DNA from: Epiperipatus broadwayi
Lineage: Eukaryota > Animalia > Onychophora
Direction: 5' to 3'
Length of the DNA: 64,000 nt
NCBI GenBank assembly: GCA_028023455.1
Contig: JAQFVV010000007.1
Location: forward strand, 9,734,001-9,798,000
Each line of letters opens with the position of its first letter. Within the stretch, counting starts at the first letter, position 1. The notes under the pieces were generated by a model that saw nothing but the letters and a program-made list of their open reading frames with translations, was not told the DNA's origin and did not search any database. A program made the translations under genes and the position numbers. Positions 52,143-61,726 of the stretch are shown here, one piece after another.

Positions 52143-52438
52143 AATATAATACTAAATCATTAATGCACTTTACTACTGTTACACAATGCTTTATTGACCA
52201 CCCTCGTTTACAGTTTACAGTTTCAATTGCCCCAGCAATCTTCTTCAGAACTTTTACATCTCCTAACTTCAACTGTTAAGCACTTTACTACTGTTACACA
52301 ATGCTTTATTTACCATCCTCTTTTACAGTTTACAGTTTCGATTGCTGGGGCAATCAAAACTGTAAACTGTAGAAGAGGGTGGTAAATAAAGCATTATGTA
52401 ACAGTAGTATAAGTGCATGGACGATTTAGTATTATATG
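52143..52438. repeat. Compound fold-back: direct copy plus palindrome centred on the hammerhead stem II
   Basis: The arm gcactttactactgttacacaatgctttatt...acagtttacagtttc occurs at 52165 and 52280, and inverted at 52356-52417. Confidence 0.92.
52212..52252 (-). ncRNA. Minimal hammerhead ribozyme motif (Penelope type), near-intact
   Basis: Minus strand AGTT-CTGAAGA-A-GATTGC-TGGG-GCAATT-GAAA-C-T-GTA^-AACT: complete core, 4-bp stem I, 6-bp stem II (closing G-U), GUA cleavage triplet. Confidence 0.75.
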
Positions 52439-52527
52439 GAATACATTTGGCAATGCAATAAGAAAGAGTAGTTATTATAATTTCAACTTACACAGAACTT
52501 ACAATAAGATTAAAACATATAATTTAT

Positions 52528-54478
52528 TGTAGGAGTATATATATACTCATACATACATATAATCAATATGTATACATTATATTTGTATTCTTATTATACT
52601 TATGAAAATAAATATATAATTTAGTAAGTTAGTATTTTTCATTCTTTAAAATGAAAAAAAAAACGTTGTTGAGAAAAGATGGTTGACAAGGTAATGAATG
52701 ACCTGTGGGTTCATATACAGTTTATCGAATTAAAGGAAATGAAGTTAACTTAGTGTTTTAATATCGAATTGTATTGTAACAATGTAGAATGTGATATGCT
52801 TCAGCAAGCTGATGGAGCGAGATATAAAAATAATTCTATTTTTATTAGAAGATTAAGGATTCTATTTTTTGTCAGCTATATCCTCATAAAAACTTATACT
52901 GTGTTCGATTTAAGAGAATAGTGTATAGTATAAAATCTATATTTTGAATGACTTAATACTTATTAGAAGAAATTTCTAATATTTTTTTTAAAGAAAGTAA
53001 TTTCTAAATTACTTGGCTAGAATATATTTTCGTATTCGATAAAAAATCGTTCTAATCAAGTTCTAATTGTAAACTTCGTTTTAAAAAGAACATGTTTGTA
53101 AAAACTTCAACTAAATTTAATGTACTTTACATTATAAAGAAAATGCAGAGTCAGTAGAACACAGATTTATCGTGGGTTATATAAAATTCACTTGCCTAGC
53201 CAAATATATATATATGTGAATAACATCTTTTGCTGAATGCCTATAAAATTATAAAAAAATTAGATCTTCAAAATGAAATTATAATTGTTAATAAAGGAAC
53301 TGTGTATTAAGAAGATGAAATCTACATACAAAGAGGAAACTAAACATCAACTTGGGATATCCTATAATTTTCTTTGATGTATAACAACGAAGGAATTAAA
53401 AATTGCATCTTCGAAGGAGTTTCATTCGCGAATTCCAGGAACATCTGAGACTAATGTATTAACTTTTATAAATACCATTTAAGTTTTTTTTAAAAATTAT
53501 AATTGGGAAAGATTAATTTCATTTCCTTTATTATCATATTCATTTCATTAAAGAAATGAATAATAAGAGAGAATTAATAATTTAAAATATTTTTATTTAT
53601 GATTAATAAAGATTTAGATATAGGGTAAGAAATATTAATATGGGAAAGGCATGTGAAAATATAAAGGGATAAGGTGAACCTTGAGGTAAGAAATTAAATT
53701 ATTTTTAAATTCACATACTATTATTTTCTATGACATGACACTACATTGTTAATACTAATCCAAATAGTCTAATAACCATAATGTATGATGTGGATAAATG
53801 ACTAACATTGATATGAAATATATATTTTTATATTAATAAACATAAATTACGTACAATTATTTTAATGAATGAAAACATATATAAATAACTGGATTATTAT
53901 TTGTATAATCTAATTAATATATAATAGTGTTAATGTAGAAGTCTTAATATTTGGATACTTATATTTTATATACGTTATGTAATCAAGTAGTGTTATAAGT
54001 TAAAAAATATATCTACCATAAGTAAATAGAATATTTATATTTTTTAATATAAGGAAGTAGATATATAAATAATTTTTATATATTGTAAAATTTAAGTTAT
54101 TTATTTGTTAAATAAATATTTATGTTTTTTTTTATATTAAATTAAATGAAGTCTTCAATTTTATTTTATTTAATTTAAAGAGTTAGTGAGATTTGTTATT
54201 AATATTACTTTAGAATATTGATAGGAACCCTTGAAGAGAATCAATTGTTGAACTTCCATGAGTTCGAAATCTGAGCATAACGGTTAAATCAATTAAGGTG
54301 AAAATTGATGTGGTTTAGATATAATAATTTATTAATAAGTTATTTGTTAGAAACAGATATAGTTTATATCAAAATTAAATCACATCATTCGTGGCATCCT
54401 ATATGAAAACCTTAAATCTGACTATAGTGAGATGTGACTGCCTTAACTTATTTTGTTGAGAGAATGCATACCGTTACA
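52528..54478 (+). repeat. 5' LTR of gypsy 2 (3' boundary inferred)
   Basis: The first ~650 bp match 61097-61726. The end is placed at CCGTTACA followed by TA-TGGCAC; it cannot be confirmed because the 3' copy is cut. Confidence 0.7.
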
Positions 54479-54480
54479 TA

Positions 54481-54500
54481 TGGCACACACAACTAGGGCC
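54481..54500 (+). promoter_or_regulatory. Probable PBS of gypsy 2
   Basis: TGGCACACACAACTAGGGCC after GTTACA-TA; aligns with the gypsy 1 PBS. Confidence 0.6.
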
Positions 54501-54924
54501 TTGAATCATAGATTCCAGCATTAAATCATAGATTCTATATTGTTTGTGTAGCGATACAAAACTTTCAGGGATAAATATTATTAATAATAATCTCTTATAT
54601 TAAAGGTATTGTAAAAATAGTAGATAATAAAATAATGAAGACTTTGAAAATTAAATAATTAAAATTTAAATGAATAGATCACTTGCTTAAAAATATAATT
54701 TTAAAATTAGGCATTGGAGTAAGAACACATATATATTTTGAAAAGAAAAAGGCATCACATTAATATCCTATGATAAATAATATATTATCGTATAAGTAAA
54801 GTTATAGTTAAAATAAAGTTAGTTTTATGATTACGAGAAGTATAAAATATTTTCTTCTAATACTGATAATAATATAGAAATGCAAACTGAGGTACTTTTA
54901 GTTCAAATATAGCTGATGATACTA

Positions 54925-56963
54925 TGAATAGTATCAATGAACAAACAGGTATAGGTGTGTCTGAGAGTAATTCTATGTTAGATATTCATGTTCCAAAAAC
55001 TATGGATATTATTGACAAACCTATAGAAAATAAAACCAGTGATAATCCACCATTAAGTCAAATGATGTTAATGATGCAATAAATGATGGAGAATTTAAAT
55101 ACAAATATGGATATCAAGATGGAAAGTATGAATACCAAAATAGAATGTATGAATACCAAAATGAAAAGTATGAATACTAAGATGGAAAATATGAAAGTAG
55201 ATTTGTCTACAAATATCGATACCAAGATGGAAAGTGTGAAAGTAGATTTGTCTACAAATATGGATACCAAGATGGAAAGTATGAATATCAAGATGGAAAA
55301 TATGAAAGTAGATTTGTCTACAAATATCGATACCAAGATGGAAAGTGTGAAAGTAGATTTGTCTACAAATATGGATACCAAGATGGAAAGTATGAAAGTA
55401 GATATTACAAATGAATTATCAATAAAATTAGAAAATATAAAAATAGATTTGAAGGATGAGGTATCACAAATACAAACGAATATGAATAATGAAATTCAAA
55501 AGGTTATTGAGGAAACAGATCTTAAGTGTCAAAAAAGATTTTTTGAATTTGAAACAAAGATAGAAAATAAAGTAGAAAACAAATTTTTAGAAATAAAAAC
55601 TGTATACAATCATCTCCAAATTGATATGTATAAAATCCAAGAAGAGACTGAAAAGATTATAGATGAGAAAATAAAAGATGTCCATGTAGAAATCAATAAC
55701 CAAGAAAAGAAAATTCAGTCTATGGAAAAGGATTTTCAATGTTTAAATGTGAAACAAAATTTGATTGATTCAGATTTAAAATTAAATAAAGATAATATTG
55801 AAATATTATTAGAGAATCAATCGGAGATATTTAATTAATTGGAAAATAAAAATATTACCGTAGATCAAACCATAAAAATTTTGAAGGATGAATTGGAGAA
55901 AGAAAGAAAAATAATGATGGAAAATTATACCCAAGCTTGTAAAAAGATTAAATTATCTAATATTAAAGAAGACGCTACTTCAGATAAATTTAATCAAATA
56001 TTAAAAGCTATTAGTAGGATAAAGGACGATCCAAATACAAAGGAACATCAAGATGAAATGGCGATTGAGATGGAAAACACGGAAAGGGAACAAAATAATA
56101 ATGATAGTATTAGTTATTCTATAGGAGACTTTACTCACCATCACAATCAACAATCATCTATAAATCTGCAAAAAGAAAACGTTAGTAATACAAATCACAC
56201 ATTACAATCAAATGTTATAAATCAATTTGTAAAATTAAAACATTTTCAAGGGTTTACTTCTCCAATAGAGCATCTAAAGAGTTTAAATTTATATTTTTCA
56301 GTAAATAGTCATTTAACTGAAGGTGAAAAATTAATAGTAGCATATAGTCATTTACAAGGTGATGCTTTTATCATGGTGGGAATCATTGTTCCAAATACCT
56401 AAAACTTTTGAAGAATATCAAAAATTATTGATAAGGAATTTTTGGAATAATGATCGTCAAGAATCACTGTTGTATCAAATACTTCAGGAAAAATATAAAA
56501 ATATGCCAGGTGAAACTCTCACTAAATTTTTTAGAAGACAAGTATCAAAACTGAAAATCCTTGATACGTATCATTTTAGCCAAAATCAAATTATTCGTAT
56601 TGTAAAACATAACTTACCTATGAAATTTGAGCAGTCTTTATTATTTTCTAATGCACAAAATATCGAACAAATTATAGATATTTTAAATAATATTGACTCA
56701 AATAACCAAAATGTTAATCAAAATTATTTTGAAAGAAAGAAAATATTTCAGTAAATGCTATTAATTATAAAAAAAGAAAACATAAGACTTTTAATCATTC
56801 ACAAAGTAAAACAATGAAGAGTGATAATAATGCAGAAGTTAAATTAAGTTGTGATACAGATCAAATTTCAGAAATTAATAGTAAAGCATTTACTAGTGGA
56901 TTAAATAAAAGTAAAATAGGGTATAATAAAAATAGACCCAAAACAACAGCAAAATTAAATTAA
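54925..56963 (+). pseudogene. gypsy 2 gag with long coiled-coil repeat N-terminus
   Basis: In-frame stops at 55080 and 55836, frameshifts near 56370 and 56740; capsid-like region (HLQGDA..WWE, FWNNDRQ, FFRRQV) homologous to gypsy 1 gag; ends AKLN-stop. Confidence 0.85.
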
Positions 56964-59900
56964 AGAGGGTCTTCGGAAATAGTTCCTCTCCTCAAAGACC
57001 CATATTTAAAAGGAGGAACAAAAATGAAATTTTGGTTAAACAAATCACCAACATAATATGTTCAGAGGAAGATGATGAACCCATGTATGCTGTACAAAAT
57101 TGTCCATTAATTAATATTATGTTTGAAGATTTGCAAATTAGAGCCTTATTAGACTGTGGTAGCCAAATATCTGTAATATCTGATGAGTTTTATAAAAGGT
57201 TGATGGGTAAAAATCCACATATTAAAACTTTACCTCTAAAATCAGTACAGATTACCCTAGCTAATAATAAAAGGGCAAAATTAATTCAAAAACAAATCTG
57301 GATCAAACTAACTATTAATCAAACATGTATTTATCATGTATTTCTGATATTAATTGGACTTATTCATGAAATGGTATTGGGAGTAGACTTTTTACATTTG
57401 AACAAATGTCTAATTGACTTTAAAAATAAGATAGTTAATATAGGTGATGAGGTTTTATGGATGACATTGTTGCCAAAGTATGATCTATTTGAAATTGATT
57501 ATATAATGTCAAAAGTACCAGAAACACTTGTAAAATCAAAAATTGCTGAATCAAATTTAATTGATGCGATAATGTTAATAAATTGCAATCTATTATTAAT
57601 GAATATAATATAATATTCTCAGAAATACCAGGAGTTATTGAAGGTTTTCAGCAAAGAATAAAATTAATTCATGATCAACCTTTTCAATCCAAATCTTATC
57701 CTATTCCTTATCAATATAGAGAAGAAATATATAAACAAATTAATAAAATGCTTGAATGGGAAATCATTTCCAAATGCTCTCCACCGTACTGTAATCCAGT
57801 TGTAACGGTGAAGAAGAAAGATGGGTCGATGAGATTTTTAGATGCTAGACAACTAGACAAAATTACTGTCCCTGACAGAAATATACCACCGCCCATATAC
57901 AAATTATTCGTGAGATTCAAAAACAAGAAAGTATTTTCTACTTTCGATTTGACCTCAAGCTATTGGCAGATAGAACTTCATCCCGAAGATCGCCAATATA
58001 CAGCATTTCGGTATGAAGGATTTACTTACCAATTTAATAGGATGCCATTTGGATTGATCAATAGTGGTGCTGCCTTAATTCGATGCTTAGATAAAACCTT
58101 ATCTCCTGATATAAAACAGATTGTGACAATGTATGTAGATGATGTTATAATTGCATCAACTACAATTGAAGAACATCTTCAACATATAAAAATGTTTTTT
58201 AAAGAGTGTTCTGACAAAGGAATAAAAATAAATTTTAAGAAAAGCACTTTGGTATCTAATGAAGTGATCTTTTTAGGTCATATTGTTGGTCACAATGGGA
58301 TTAAACCTCATCCGGATAAGATTAGTGCTATATAGAATTGCCCTAAACCCACAAATAAAAAACAAATAAGATCATTTTTAGGAATTTGTAATTTTTATAA
58401 TCGTTTCTACCAAAAATTTTCTTATTATATGGAACTGTTGTTAAAACTCATTAGAAAAGATGAGAAATGGAAATGGACTGAGGAACAAGATGATGCGTTT
58501 GCTAAAATCAAAGCTGGATTTTTAAAGCAAATTATATTAGCTTTTCCTGATTTTAGCAAACCATTTATCTTACAAATAGATAGTAGCGGTTATGGATTAG
58601 GGGTAACTTTATCTCAAATCCAAGAGAATGGCCAAACAAGAATCCTCTATTTTATTAGCCATCTATTAAAAGGTCCTGAATTGAATTATATGGTTACAGA
58701 GAAAGAAGCCCTAGCAATTGTGTGGGCTTTTCAAAAATTTCGACAGATGCTTCTCGGATCAGAGGTGATAGTGATAACTGATCATAAAAGCCTTGAATTC
58801 TTGAATCACAGCTACTTGACTAATTCTCGATTAGTGAGATGAAGTCTGTTATTACAAGAATTCAATTATACAATTAAATATTGTAAAGGATCCGAGAATG
58901 TTGTAGCTGATGCACTAAGTCGAAATCCATGTAAATCAGAACAATTACATTTATCGGTAGATAATGCCTACATTATGAATGTTGACCTGATAGTTGATGA
59001 AAATGTAGAGAATGATTTAATAAATATCCATAATTTACAAAATCAAGATAAAAATTTAATGCTGATTATTAAAACATTAAATAAAGAGGAAATTCTATAT
59101 ACAGCCAGTAATCTTCAATTATATAAGATAGACAATATGGTCTTAAAATATAAAATTAATGATAATTTAAATGAGTTGAGGGTAGTAATATCTGAAATTC
59201 TAAAAAAACCCACTCATACAATATATCCATTGTTTATATGGACATTATGGTGTCTATAAAATGGAACAAACAATAAAGAATTGGTTTTATTGGCCTAATA
59301 TGCATAAAGATATTATGAATGAAATTCAAAATTGTCAAATAAGTTTGAGAACTAAACCAGTAAATAAAAATTATGTTAGTTCAATAAATTCTATCATTCC
59401 AGAAAGACCAAATGAGATCTTAGCTATAGACTACTATGGACCCTTACCTCCATTTAATAAAAAAAAATTTTTAGTAGTAGCTTATGATCTCTTCTCTAAA
59501 TTTGTATCTGCTTATCCAATACCCCAAGCTAATACTAGATATACTATTAAAGTATTAGAAACCCTCCAGTTTGAAAGGATAGGGAAACCTATGACGATCT
59601 TAACTGATCATGGCACACCCTTCCTATCCAAAGAATGGAATATATGGATAAATAAACATCAAATAAAACATGTGCTTACTTCTATAAGAAATCCTCAATC
59701 AAACCCATGTGAAACATGTAATGCGGGAACTTGGACGTTTGTTTAGAACTTATTTGAAAGATAATCACAAGGGGTGGGTAAAGCACACACCAGATATGGT
59801 AAATTATATAAATTGGAGTGTTAATGAATCCACTGGATTCGCACCCATTGAATTGCAATTAAAACAAAATATACCAATATTATTTAAATATTATAAACCA

Positions 59901-60215
59901 CCAATCCCTAATTTAACCATAAACATTGAAAAGGATAGAAAAGCTTTAGAAAGAATGATACAAATGGCTCAAAAACGTCATAAAAATACATACAAGTCAA
60001 ATTATCAATTCAAAGTAGGTGACAAAGTATTTTTAAAGACACCACATGTTCGTAATCCACAAAATTTTATTTTTCATAAATTTTACAATACCTATGAAGG
60101 ACCATTTACCATTATAAAGAAAGCTGGACTAAATGCATACTGGTTAGATTGTGATGGAGAGATACGAGGTACTTATAATGCTCGTATATTAAAGCCCTAT
60201 CGAGGAAAAATATAA
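56936..60215 (+). pseudogene. gypsy 2 pol (PR-RT-RH-IN)
   Basis: ALLDCGSQISVI, DLTSSYWQI, YVDD, DSSGYGLG, TDHKSL, LAIDYYGP, LTDHGTPF, YEGPF. Stops at 58333 and 58840 and several frameshifts. Confidence 0.95.
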
Positions 60216-61087
60216 TAATTGTCTTAAATAAATAATTATCCTAAGTTATGTAATACCTAAATTATGTAATAATTATTACGATTGTAGTGAAGAAATGTAA
60301 AGGATTAAGGTATGAAAGAGAAGGAAATACAATATATAATTGTGTCTAGCTAAGATGAATCATATCATTAATATGTAAACAGAAGACTGGTTACTTAATA
60401 GGTTGGCAAGTTCACAAATGAATTCCAACTAATATATTTATTGGATGTTAAACATAATCTAGTAAGTCTCAAAAAGCACCTTTAAATAAGTTTATGTATA
60501 TTCATTTATTGGATGTCAGTGATAGTCTAGTAAGTCTCAATAAAGAGCAGGATTGGCATTTTAAATTGATTTATACATAAAACACTTATGGACTAACTAA
60601 TTAAAACTTAATTATAAAATTATCAGGTTTTCTACCATATAATTATATTGATATACCATTTCAAATACTTAGTACATTGATAAGGATATATTATATAGAA
60701 ATTAATTGAAAGAAGTGAATAAAAAGAAAGTAATCTATATTATGATTTTTGGATAATAAAGTATTACATTATTTAACTTTAATAGGTAATAAGTTTAAAA
60801 TAAAGCAGTCAGTACATTTAATCTATGATTTGATCAAAACAAATTATATGAGATGTACCATATTTAAGATATTATAAAAAAAAAAAGAACCCAATTGCCC
60901 ATAAAACAATTTAATTATTATTAAATATAATAATTAATAATACTTTTTTCCTCTAATAATTGATGAAGAATTTAAAATCTTAAGTCGAGGAGAAAATAAA
61001 AAAAAAATATGAATTGTAATGATGCATAAATGATAACAAAGATGAAGAATTAAAATAAAATGTTAGTTTATTTTAATTTTTTTAGTC

Positions 61088-61096
61088 GAGGGGAAA
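61088..61096 (+). promoter_or_regulatory. Polypurine tract of gypsy 2
   Basis: GAGGGGAAA directly before the TGTAG LTR start. Confidence 0.75.
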
Positions 61097-61726
61097 TGTA
61101 GAAGTATATATATACTCATACATACATATAATCAATATGTACACATTACATTTATGAAAATAAATATATAATTTAGTAAGTTAGTATTTTTCATTCTTTA
61201 AAATGAAAAAAAACGTTGAAAAAAGACAGTTGACAAGGTAATGAATGACCTCTGGGTTCATATACAGTTTATCGAATTAAAGGAAATGAAGTTAACTTAG
61301 TGTTTTAATATAGAATTGTATTGTAACAATATAGAATGTGATATGTTTCAGCAAGTTGATGGAGCAAGATATAAAAATAATTCTATTTTTATTAGAAGAT
61401 TAAGGATTCTATTTTTTGTCAGCTATATCCTCATAAAAACTTACACTGTGTTCGATTTAAAAGAACAATGTATAGTATAAAATCTATATTTTGAATGACT
61501 TAATACTTATTAGAAGAAATTTCTAATATTTTTTTTAAAGAAAGTAATTTCTAAATTACTTGGTTAGAATATATTTTCGTGTTCGATAAAAAAATCATTC
61601 TAATCAGAGTTCTAATTGTAAACTTCGTTTTAAAAAGAACATGTATATAAAAACTTCAACTAAATTTAATATACTTTACATTAAAAAGGAAAATGCAGAA
61701 TGAGTAGAACACAGATTTATCGTGGG
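61097..61726 (+). repeat. 3' LTR of gypsy 2 (5' 630 bp only)
   Basis: Matches 52528-53176; similarity stops abruptly after cagatttatcgtggg. Confidence 0.92.

Larger units (their letters stand above)
52528..61726 (+). mobile_element. Ty3/gypsy LTR retrotransposon 2, defective; 3' LTR interrupted by an RTE LINE
   Basis: LTR sequence TGTAG(G/A)AGTATATATATACTC starts at 52528 and 61097; gag, PR, RT, RH and IN lie between; PPT precedes 61097. Confidence 0.95.

Noticed and set aside
55058-55381. Minus-strand repetitive ORF (LVSIFVDKSTF repeats)
   Set aside because: Antisense shadow of the gag repeat array.
55170-55400. CRISPR-like appearance of regular repeats (also the 92-bp and 189-bp duplications)
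   Set aside because: No unique spacers, no cas genes, eukaryotic context.
60215-61087. Possible env or third ORF between IN and the 3' LTR of gypsy 2
   Set aside because: AT-rich with stops in all frames; no signal-peptide or transmembrane ORF. Gypsy 1 has only ~80 bp at this position.
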